A model generated the notes under the pieces. It saw nothing but the letters and a program-made list of their open reading frames with translations, was not told where the DNA came from and ran no database searches. A stretch of 48,981 nucleotides of DNA, filler included, from Bipalium vagum (Eukaryota): assembly GCA_037834085.1 (NCBI GenBank). It is 3 parts of 3 records of this genome, joined end to end, with 100 filler letters (N's around TTAATTAATTAA, not from the genome) between each part and the next. Parts side by side here need not be neighbours in the genome. Positions count along the whole stretch, not along the records: positions 33,178 to 48,981 come from JBBMKC010145037.1; 2 more parts are not named here. One strand, 5' to 3'. How positions within the stretch are numbered: the stretch's first letter is position 1; each line of letters opens with the position of its first letter. The translations under genes were made by a program, and so were the position numbers. This document shows positions 37,481-48,981 of this stretch, piece by piece.

Positions 37481-38981
37481 TAGATGATTTTTTGGCAATA
37501 TGCTTTGTACCAAAATTTTCCTATCTTCCGTTATAAACAGATAAAATCAACAATCAAAAGAGTCCCATTCCAAAAATTTAAAGAAAAAGTCTTGACAAGT
37601 GCGAAAAAAGTATAATATTTCGACTTAATTTTTATATTGTTATTCAAAGCTGAACATGTTGATCCCGAGACAACTAGAAATCTTGGACACTTAAAAGAGC
37701 ACTCAACTCAGTTCCCTAAAAATCAAGTCAGACGAGTCACACAGAGAAACTACTCTAATTTTTTATTATATTTTTTGGACATAAGAAATTTTACTTTTAA
37801 GTCCAGAAATATATAATAACAGGACAAACTTTTTAAAATGCGTTACTATTATACTGAAAAATAATTTTATGATAATTATTACTCTGGCTACTCACTTAGT
37901 TATTTCTGTGTATGTGAATCAAAATATTAAAATACACTTTACCCCAATAATCCTTAATGAATCAAAATAATCACACTAATCTTTATTTTACTACAAAGGA
38001 AAAACACAATCGAAATAAACAGAAATGAAATCACAATAAAATAATATCAAGAACATAAAATAAAATCGGTTAAATTCAGTAATGAAATTTGTGCAAAATA
38101 GAATACAAAATCATATCGAAATGTAGTGACAATTAATCAAAAAAAATAAAACAATATATCTTAATATCAACGGTCAACAGGTCTTTTGTTCCACGTGACC
38201 CATTGAAAAACTTCTGATGCAATTTAAACTTTCTAATGGATTTAGTCTTTTCTTTTTGACTATTTTCTAGATGAAATTCTGCCTTTTATAACAATAGAGA
38301 TCGATTAGAAAACGGACGATCACAAATCTCTACTTTTGAAAGACTATTTCCCCTAATAGGTAAATTATTTCATAAATTAATTCTCTGGCTTTAATTTCGG
38401 CCTGGTGTAATCTCGAGAGCGAGTTAATGTTTATTTTTATTAATTTAATTAAATTAATATATTTTTATAGTATTAAAGTACTTTTGAAATTACTATTATT
38501 TCAGACTCTTAGTGGACTCTTCAGTTCGTGGTCCTGGCGAACCCAACAAATGTAATTACGGAACCACTTAGATATTTATAGAACAGATTTGTTAAAATTA
38601 AAATTTAAAATCACAATAACCTTATAATATTTTACTTAAAATTATTATAATAGGTGACTAAATTCAAAAAATTTTATACATTAATCATAAGGTGAAACTT
38701 TTTACAATTTACTGTATGCTTATAAAATGCTTTCAAAATAATTTAAATACATTTTTACTAAAAATATAGAAATTAACAAAATATTAAGAGTGGTGAGATG
38801 AAAAATTAAGATAAGAAATGTAATAAATTATTATCAAAAATTTTAATTTTACGTCACCAAAATTAAAAATGAAATATTTTTTGTTTTAGTTATATAAATT
38901 ATTATTATTATTGCCACATATTTTAGTTGACGAAAGTACTTATTTTATTATTGAAATTATCAGTAATTATTTTTATAATAG

Positions 38982-39238
<257 letters not shown>

Positions 39239-40116
39239 TACATTTTATTTGATTCAGTTATTTTCTAATTTGGTTTGTAAATGGAATTAAAAATAAATTT
39301 TAAGAAAATGTTATTTATTATAGTTTTGGGGTACAATTATTATGTTTACATAAGTAAAAACTAAAAATCTAGATAAATATTGTTTTTGAAATAGTTTTGA
39401 AAAGTAATGATTGGATTAAAAAATTTTTTGTTACGTTTTAAAAATTTGGTAGTGTGAAATTTTTTGTTTCAGTTTAGTATTAATTAATAATTTAGAGAAG
39501 TAATTCTAATTACAAAATGATTTAATTGTAACTACAGGTTTATCCAAATGTTATTCACATTTGTTTTGTAATTAAGGAGTAACAAGTTAACTTTTATTAA
39601 ATAAGTAAACTATGATTTTAATTTACTTTGGTTTGGTATCATTAAAGTTATTTAAACTAGGCCGTAACAAGAGTTTTATTACTTTTAGGTATTTAGATCG
39701 TAAGTTTAATGATATAATGGTAAATTTTAATCTAATAGTTATACAAATTATAAAATAATAAGCCATAAATTTTTAGTTATATGTTGGTTATACGAAAGGC
39801 GAAAATGTCAGGTCAATTACAATATTCTTGGTTTAAAGTCCCACATGGTTCTTCAAGTTAATCGAACTGTCTCGTGAAAAATTTATATTCTAATTTTAAA
39901 TATTTAGTTAATAATGGTTAATAATTTAATTCGATTCGTAAATATTATATAAAATCATAAAAATATTTAATTATAAATAGACACAAAATTCAATTAATAA
40001 ATTAAATTAATTTGAAATCCCTTGTTTAAAATAATCAAATACGATTTCAAATTAGAAAAAACATACACCGCGTGCTCTACTTATATATTTTTAAAAAATT
40101 TAGATCTAAAAAGAAA

Positions 40117-43100
40117 ATGTATGATTTTATTTTTAATTTCCACATTACACTAATATTTATAATTAAATTTTCTTTAGGACAGCTAACTTATTTTTTGGAT
40201 ATATGACCCCAAGTAAATTGAACTATATTGTCAGTGCAGCTATTTTTGCATCTACCATTTATTTTCTCTGGATTAAATTTAAAAAAAATAACAGAGTCTT
40301 GGTAATTTTTTATTTTAATTATTTTAATAATGTTTTTGTAGCATAAAGGGGATTTAACAAGTGACAGCAAAAAGAAAGAGCTTGATGCCAAAAATGTTTC
40401 AAATTTAAGTCAAAATATAATTGATACTGAAAGTGAAGCAAATGATATCATGACAACAGCACATTACAGAAAAGATAAAGAACCGTTAACAGACGTTATC
40501 GAAGAACTTAATGAAGAAATTCACAATATGACTTCCGCAAATTTAAACCAGACTGATTATGTTGAAGATTTAGAAAGTACTTTGCCAGAAACTACGAAGA
40601 ATAATTCAGACCAATCTTTTTCATCGGAATCTAATATACAAAATATTAACACCAAGTCTGAAAGCATTGATGATTCTTTGGAAATGCTATGCGAACAATT
40701 GAAGTATATAAATATAAATTCCTCTATTAATCACGATTTATCAATCAGTGGCTTAGAAAAACTTAACATCGAATATATTGAAGACATATCTGTTGACTTA
40801 ACTTCACAACAGGATGAAGTGGTTGTTGGATATAATTCTAGTTTTATCGAAAAAAATGTAGATTGTGATGAAAGAGAGGTAAAAACCAATCTAGAAGATC
40901 TTGTTGACAATGACATAGAAATGAAGGTAAAAAGGACAGACTCAGAAAACGGATTATTGTCAAAGGAGAAACTGATCAATGTATGTAATCAAAATGATGA
41001 ATGTATTGTTGATAATGAAGAAATTTTGAAAAGTGATAATTATATCGATGAGAAATCAACAGTTCAAGGAAAGGATAAACTGGACCTATGTGACATAGAG
41101 AAATCAATTGAAGTTGATGAAAAAAAAATCAATGAATCTGTAAATATCGATAAAATCAATGAAAATGTTGTAATAGTAGAATCCTTGAATATTAATGAAA
41201 ATTTTAATGATCAGATAGAAAATTCGAATGACATTGAGGAAGGAGAAATAATTGATGAAACATTTATTGAGGAAAACACAGAAAAGCACGACAGTCAGAT
41301 CGTATATATTGAACAAGTAAAAGAGATTGATGAGAAAAATGTTAAAAAGGTTCTCGAGGAAGAACGAGAATATTGTGAAGATATTGAGATTGAGGTCGAA
41401 AAAAAAGAAACTGAAACCATAAATGAATCAATAAATATCAAATGTTCTGAAAATGTCAATGAGCATAAAGACGTCAATTTTTGTAAGGAAACCGATCAAG
41501 AAATAGAAATTGTGAATGATAATATAGAATGGAAAACAGTTCAATACGAGAATATTAACAATTCTGAAAAAATAAAGGAAATCAAAGAAAGAGAAGAGGG
41601 AGAAATTTGTGAAGATTCATTTATTGATCAAAATTCGAATATAAACGAAAATTACAGGAATGTTAACGGAGAATCAGTAGAACAGGAAATGGTGGTAGGT
41701 AATGAAAGCTATATAGAAATCAAAAATAATCAGGGAGATGAGCAAAGTGCAAAATTTGAAGAAATCGAAACTTCAGTGGACATTGAAGGAGAGATTGTTG
41801 AAAAATCATTTATCAATGAAAGTTCAGAAAAAATCAATGAAGACAAGGTAGATATTAGTTTAAAGATGAACGATGAAGAACATATTGAAAACCTGAACGA
41901 CAACCTGGAGAAAAAGGAAGAAGAAGTTATCAGTCAAAAAAGAGAAGTAACCTTAGACCAAAATGACACCATTGAGCAAGTGTTCACAGAAAAGTTGGAA
42001 AATTCTTATGAAATCAAAGAGATACACGAAGAAATCCAAGAAAACAAAGTCACAGTTGAGCAGGATTCCGATAAGATAGAAGAAATCAATGATAGACCGA
42101 TTAATGAAGAAAATCCCGAAGTCGAGGAATTAGGAAAACTGGTAGAAACAAGTGACGATGTAGAAACAGAAATGAAGATTTTTACAAACGGTTTGGAGAA
42201 GATACAAGATGAATCATGTGATGGAGACCAGGGAATTTTGATCGAGAATAAATTGGCGGAATCGATTGAGGTTGAAGAAAAAGGAAATGTGTTAATTGAT
42301 GGGGATTCTGAGAGGACTGATAGTTTTGAAACGGTCGAAAAGACATTTGAGTCTGTAGAAAAAGACGAAATCGATATCGTTTTACAACAATACTGTGATA
42401 GCAACGATGCTCACAATCCAGAAATGGAATCTAATCAATTATCAAAAGAAATCGCCCAAAATGGAAATCAATGTGACAATCATTCATCGAAGGATGAAAT
42501 TGATTCAGGAAGCGATTCGCAGGAATCAGATTATCTCAATGATCGTTTGATTGCCGACGAAAATCTCATCGAATATATCGAAGAATGTCTCAACGACAAG
42601 GAATCCGACACCAACAGTCTGGTCAATCATGTCGATGACGCAGAATCGTATGGCAAACACGAGAACTGGCCCAACGACGATGATTACTTGGACAACATCA
42701 AGCGGGACTTTTACGATATGCAAATTACCATCTGCAGTCCTAACTCTTCATCGGAGAGTGATCATGCACATTGCATGAACAATTTGACGGAAAGAGTAGC
42801 CATTTTATCGGCAGAATCAATACTGGACGGTCAAGCTCAAGCCAATTCTTCTGATAGCGAGATAACCGCCACTGTTAGTTCAACGTCTCGTGATGATTGC
42901 AGCCCGGAACTGTATGTGGAAAAGATAACTTGCGGTGGTAAGGAATTGGACATTGTCTATTTTGATGAGGCCGTACTGGAAGAGGGTGGTGTGCAGACCG
43001 ATGCCAAAATAGTAAGAACTATCCCCGTTGGATTGGGAGGTCGAATTATCGGTAAAAAAGGAAAGTAAGTCGTGTGGTTCTTTCTGTAAATTACTATAAA

Positions 43101-44356
43101 AAATCAATAGTTCAATTTCATTTTAAATATAATTATTTTTGAATTGAAAAATAAATTTTTGACTTTTATTGATTTGAATATTTTAAAAATCAGTATCTGC
43201 ATTATTATTTATTGAAAAATATCGATTATTGATTAGAACGAAGAATGAATTGATGAAGAAATTCGGAGCGAAATTATTGATTTATAATCATCCAGTGGAA
43301 GTGGGGATGCAAGTCCTGGAAATCACCTGCAAACCGTCATTAAGTGAAGAAATGGAAGCTTGGGTCAACAAAACACTCGATCAGATCACCAAGAACACAA
43401 TTCAGACCACCGTGAGCAATCCCGAATGGTTGAAGGTTTGTCATTAGTGACACAGTCACATACGATATCAAAGATTATGATTATCGATTTTTTATTTTTC
43501 AGCCAATGATTCCACTCGGTAAAATGGTTGTCGCTCATGTAATCGATATGCCTACGATGGAACACGTTAAATTGAGAATCTTTGAGCCACAGATAATCAA
43601 GCAGTTCAACAAAATGCAGATCGATATGAATGCCGATTACGGAACCGTGGACAACAATGCTCTGTTACCACGTCCCGTTGCTGTGGGTTGTGTGTGCGTT
43701 GCCATGATACGACCGGATTGTTTCTTGAGAGCTCAAATTGTCGAGATATACGACGACCTCGTCTGGGTCTATCTGTTCGATATTGGAAAAGTGTGCCAGA
43801 CATATATGTTCTATCTGTTCAAAATCAGGTTAGTTTTTAACGTTATCAATTGTGACCGTATATCCCTATGTTGTATAGAGAGAAATACATGCGCGTTCCA
43901 TTCCAAGTGATTCCAGCACGTTTGCCTCATGCGCTTTTGAAAAACAACAGTGTCACACCGAACAGTATCTACAAACGGTTTCTGTTCGATAACGTGACGA
44001 TGAAGCCAAAAATGGTGCGCGTCTTCTTTCCCAGAATGAGCTCCTGCTGTGTTCCATGTGCCAACATTTATATTCCAATTTCTGGTGTCGGACCAGAGTC
44101 GAGCAAAAGTGACGAGGAATTCGTAGATTTGCTAGAACTGCTGGTATCCATTGATGTTTGCACAATGGTTCGAGAAACGGTCAATTCGGAATTTCAAATG
44201 GAGCTCAATCGGAATCATTTCAGAAATTTCCTCAATGACAAACAGCGGAAACAGTTGGCCAGTTCTCAGGTTCCCGTATATTTTCAGCCATGCAACGGAA
44301 AGTTCTATGAAGAATTCATAGATTTCCAATTGGACAATGAGAACAAAAACGTTTAA
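40117..44356 (+). CDS. AKAP1: AKAP1/spoonbill-like outer-mitochondrial KH-Tudor protein, ~1283 aa
   Basis: Exons 40117-40118 (AT), 40178-40301, 40342-43064, 43237-43435, 43503-43828, 43879-44356; GT-AG introns of 59, 40, 172, 67 and 50 nt; 3852 nt in frame. N-terminal signal-anchor (YIVSAAIFASTIYFLWIKFKK), ~890-aa acidic disordered region, one KH domain (GRIIGKKG...GAKLLIYNHP) and an extended Tudor (LPRPV..G.VC...FLRAQIV...FDIG...IREKYMRVPFQ). This order matches AKAP1 rather than the two-KH TDRKH/Papi. Alternative start at ATG 40203. Confidence 0.82.
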
Positions 44357-45499
44357 AATCATCAACGCCTTTAATCAATATTTTACAAATGTATTAAAAA
44401 TTCGGTTTTTATTAGCCTTATTTTTGTGATTATTGATATTTGACTTGGGGATGATATATATCTTCAATCTTATTTTCAATGACATTTTTGTCTATTTCAT
44501 GTTTACCTGGTCATTTTATTAAAATTGTACTTACAAATATATTATCGGCTTGTTTGATTTGGTGTTTCGGTTTTGTAATTATATAAATCTTTGCTTGTTG
44601 ACCAAAGAAGTGGTTTTTGAGAATTTGGGTGTATTGAGTACTGAATTTGAAATAATTCTTTTGTTATTTGTGTGAGAATATTATTTTTTTATTTTAAATG
44701 ATTGCATATTAAGTTTGCTTTGAATTCGTGTGTTATAATTATTTTTTTAATAATAATCAATCGAGTTCGGGAAAACTTAAAATAAGCTTTACGATGGAAC
44801 TTTGTTTTTTGTCTTAGGTTTCTTTTGTTCGGATTAAATTATTTCAAAGTCATAAATTAATACTGTGCTTAACAGTTCAACTTTTTTAAAGTGAATATTT
44901 AGTTTTGCATTTAAGGTAATGATTTCAATTTACCACCCTGTAGGACAATTGTCATTTTTGAGTTAAGGTTCAGATACCCAACCTGTCAAAATTTGAAATT
45001 TTTTATCAACTTGAAAAGTAGTAATACTTCATTTTAAAATTAAATGCTTTTAAATATGTAGAAATGTAAATTTTTATAAAATAAAACAATATACAGAGAC
45101 ACAGTTAACGTGAGAAAGTTCACTAAATATACGTTAAAAAACCATTCATGTCTAAATTCATTTTTTCATAACTGGACTCATTGTGCAGCAAGAAAAGTCA
45201 TCGGAATAGGACAAACACAATCGATGTACAAAAGGACGCATTGACTATGTGGAAGGAAATGATTAAATGTGAAACACGGGACAATTAAATGCTATCTAAA
45301 ACGTGATTTAAATATTAAATAAAATATTTTGCATAATTTTCAAATATTGAAATTATATTGAGATCATACATCAAGTAGTATTAGGGTTGCACCGCAACCC
45401 CACAATAACTATCGATATTATGTAAATAATTATTATTATTTTAATATAAGTATTCATAACAGAATTTATGTGGTATATAAATTCGAACTTTTACTAGGG

Positions 45500-45870
45500 G
45501 AATTGGATCTTTTGCTATTATCGACGGAATTATTGATAGATATTGATAAATATCAGCTGCTAAACTAGAACTTCCTGATAATTATATATGTTTAACATGA
45601 TAATGATCCGAAACATACTTCGGATTATGTAAAGGATTTCTTTGTCAAAAATGGAATTTCAATATTGGATTGACCCTCAGTCTCCGGATCTTAATCCAAT
45701 TTAATATATTTGGGATTATCTTAAACGAAAAGTCCGAGAAAAACGAATTTCTTCAATATCCAAGCACAAAGGAAAAGTCAATGAAATATGGAATAAAACA
45801 AGAAAGTATAAGAAAATGCCTAAACGTTGCGAACATGTTGTAAGAAGAAAGGGTTGTCATTGTAATTGTT
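45500..45870 (+). mobile_element. Tc1 (DD34E) transposase C-terminal fragment
   Basis: F*HDNDPKHTSDYVKDFF...ILD*P/SPDLNPI*YIWDYLKRKV. Confidence 0.82.
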
Positions 45871-46443
45871 ACTTAAATATATTACTTGTAAAAATCAATT
45901 TAGGATCACATGTATAAATACTCAAGGGGTACTTTCTTTGCTACTCTAAGATCAAGTAAATATCTCTCATGCATGCACTTCAGAGTCGCAACGCTATTAG
46001 ATAGAGACTCGTAGGTTTTAATTCTTTTATCCTTTTAAATCCATACTTAATATATGAAGATAACACAACATGTACGCTATTTGTACACTAACTTTTTATT
46101 TTAAAAAACAGCCCCTGAAGGATAGACCTAAAAATATATTTTGTCTAAAAATAACATCTATACAAAAACACGATAAATAGTAATTTAATAAAGATAAAAA
46201 TATATGAAGTATAAAAATGAAAATATATACGAAATGTATAAAATATGCCAAATAATTAAAATACCTAAAATATATTATCACAAAATTCAGGATCTGTTTT
46301 TTTATAAAAAAAGTTTGTTTACAAATTGGTTACACTTTGTGTATCTTATTTGTAACTAAAAAAAATTATTAAAAAATATTTTAAAAAATATGAAAAAATA
46401 ACTAAAAATAAAATACTCAATTTTTTATTTTTTCTTTTAGAAA

Positions 46444-48705
46444 ATGTCGAATCAAAACACTGTAAATTCAATCATCAATCTCGATGAATGGTAGGCTATC
46501 AAAAATGTTTTACCTTATGAAGAATGTTCGTTCCCAAATCATTTATTCATGATGATTATAATCTAAGATTTCTATTACTTATTTAAATTCTAATTATTAT
46601 AAAAAAACATTTAGGCACAGTTTATCAATTTAAAATTTCTCCGAAGGATATTACAGAAAGAACCATTAATAATTGTTTAAATCGTATTTTAGAAACCATT
46701 ACAAATAATAATGATAACTATAATGTTAAGCTAACGCCTTTACGTCCTTTTATTTTTTCAGGACATCGTTGTTTTCCTTTCTGTAAAAAATATGAAGTAA
46801 TAAAACAATTATTTAGAAGATTAGAAAAGATTTTACAATCAGATCAACCATTAAATATTGAGGTCATTTTTAAATTTTCAGTTTAACCAAAACCAACAGA
46901 AAACGGAAGAAACTGTTAATTTTAGTGGACAAAATTCTAAAAATCTAATAATTCAAAATTTTGCGACATTTTCCATTAACCTAATTCAAAATAATGATAC
47001 AATCTGTTTAGCTATATCCATAATAATTTCTTTAACTTATAATAATGAAAAAAATAAAAACTATTTTAATTTTGGAGAAAGAGATAATAGAATGAGGTAT
47101 ATTAGAAGAGGTGATCCAATTTAAGAATGGGCTATAAAATTACATAAATCAGATTTCAAAATTAACATACTTGTAAAACAACTAATTGTAAATCTTATAG
47201 AAATAAAGAAGTTTATAATATTTTTAATGATGAATATTTTAATTCATATCAACATAAATGTTGTTATAAAAAGATCCAATTTGTAATGAACAATATAAAC
47301 CTCTTTTAATGAACATAAATGTTATTTAAAAAATAATGAAGGAAAAAATATAATATAATAATAAATATTTATTTTTGGTTTTGAAGCTACACAAGAAAAT
47401 GCAGGTTATCATGAAAAGAATTATGCAATTGCATATGATACAGAAAGAAACTTTTTATAAAATTTATAATTAAAAAAGAATTATAATAAAATTATATTTT
47501 ATAAATTCAAAATAACTCAATTTTATTTTTTAAACTTGAAACTGAAAATTTAGAAAATTTAACAACTGATAATATTTTAAATAATATTCAAAAAATAAAA
47601 GAAATAACAATTGAAGACACGGTAGTTTTTGTTGAAGGCAATCATTCCGTTTCTTTAGCTGATACTTTTTGTAAATTTTTTATTTGTAAAGATTTTTAAC
47701 AATATACCTTTATAGCCCATTATGCAAAAGGATATGATAACCATCCAATATTAGGTTGGTTAATTCAAAATAAATTACCAGTTTAAAAAATTAGCTCAGG
47801 AAGTAAAATCACATACACTCAAATAAAACCATTTAATATAAGATTTGTAAATTCAATAAATTTTACTTTATGTCCATTAAAAGCTTTTCCTGCAACATTT
47901 GATTTTAAAGGTTTTTAAGAATATTTTCCACGTTATTTCAATGCAAATCAAAATCAGAATTATATTGGTAAATATCCAGACAGAATTTTATGGTTATAGT
48001 TATATGAAGGATAATAATAAAGAAAAAAATTATATAAAACAATGGCATGATGAAAAAATATAAAATAACGAAATATTTATTTTTCCAACTCAAATGTTTT
48101 ATTATTGTTCAGCAGATATTATGATTTTAAATATAGGTTGTTTAATTTATAGATATTTATTTTTAAATAAAAATTTATCAGAAACCAAAAAACTAAATAT
48201 CGACCATTTTCAATATATGACAATCTCTCAAATTTGTATAAAAATATTTATTGGAATTCCAAGATTAAGTAACTTTGAAAATGTATATTCTTATAAATAT
48301 ATTCATTGGTTAGCATATTTAAGTAAAAAGTGTAATCAAAATATTCAACATGCTAAAAGGGAAGGAGAAAAAACTATTACTACATATAATAAAAGATATA
48401 AAGTTGATGGATATTATTATGATCAATGTTTAAAGTGTTATAATAAAAATGAAGTTTGTAAAAAAGGAAATAAAACAATGGAATTTTTAAATAACCGAAC
48501 TTTAGAAAAATAGAATAATATTATTAAATATTTTAGTGATACAAATTTAACATTAGAAATTATAGAAATATGGGAATGTGAATATGAAAAATATATATAT
48601 TATGAAAAATATATTAGAAAACTCTAAATTTTAAAATTGATCCAGTTTTATCTAAACTGAAACCAAAGGATGCATTTTATGGAGGAAGAAGTGAACCTGT
48701 TAAGA
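46444..48705 (+). mobile_element. Polinton/Maverick protein-primed DNA polymerase B pseudogene (5' two-thirds)
   Basis: Broken frames in the expected order: IYFGFEATQE (Exo I), FIAHYAKGYD (Exo II), IRFVNSINF...LKAFPATF...YFPRYFN...NQNYIG, YCSADIMIL (Exo III), WLAYL...IQHA...GEK...YKVDGY and IWECEY (inserted nuclease-like domain), then KPKDAFYGGRSE. Truncated before the polymerase motifs. Confidence 0.88.
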
Positions 48706-48981
48706 TCCTAAGTGGGTGGTAAAAATAATGTTAGAAATCGGAGCTTGCGCTTAGCTTAGGTCTCAACGGTTGAAGGTTGCTTAAGGTTGTGTTCGTTTAT
48801 TTGAATTAACTGAGATAACGAAATCGGTTTAATACGTTTATTAAACTTGAAGTGAAAATTAATATTACAAATAAATTGCGTTACAAATGTGTGATAACAA
48901 TTCTGACCGATTTGAAATTTATTAATTAAGGTTATTATTTATAAAAATCCTCTCGCTCTTAGGCTCAGAGGTCCTCAGTTA

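Noticed and set aside
40731-43107. Minus-strand and alternate-frame ORFs overlapping the large acidic exon
   Set aside because: Shadow ORFs caused by the codon bias of the E/D/N-rich sense frame.
45946-45966. CTAAGATCAAGT match to U2 snRNA
   Set aside because: Only a 12-nt match; the branch-pairing GTAGTA and the flanking U2 sequence are absent.
48729-48981. Possible LTR beginning TGTTAG and truncating the polB fossil
   Set aside because: Runs off the window; no second end, TSD or PBS is visible, so it cannot be supported.

Overview
AT-rich eukaryotic (metazoan) nuclear DNA assembled from three contigs joined by artificial 100-nt N44-TTAATTAATTAA-N44 linkers. Four intact spliced host genes can be reconstructed with GT-AG introns: mitochondrial citrate synthase (minus strand, 8 coding exons, 459 aa), a 183-aa ankyrin-repeat protein, SEC61 gamma (68 aa, absent from the ORF track) and a ~1283-aa AKAP1/spoonbill-like TM-acidic-KH-Tudor protein. 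Most introns are 40-72 nt; three citrate synthase introns are 2.5-3.7 kb and at least two of these carry recognisable TE relics. The rest is a graveyard of decayed mobile elements: mariner, Tc1/Tc3, DD37E, pogo/Tigger, several Merlin (IS1595-like) relics including a nested MITE with an 8-bp TSD, a NeSL/Utopia-like RLE non-LTR retrotransposon, a Ty3/Gypsy pol fragment and Polinton/Maverick pieces (pPolB, probable PLA2-like gene). The most unusual structure is an inverted pair of intronless DHX8/PRP22 pseudogene fragments, one joined directly to Gypsy pol. Other leads are a possible 68-aa microprotein with two TEYxxxF motifs, a Cys-rich coding repeat found twice in inverted orientation, and recurrent templated-duplication scars at deletion junctions. 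Composition, intron size and TE spectrum would fit a flatworm such as a planarian, but the taxon cannot be established from this window. All homology calls come from recognising motifs by eye, not from database searches. No intact novel multi-gene system could be demonstrated.
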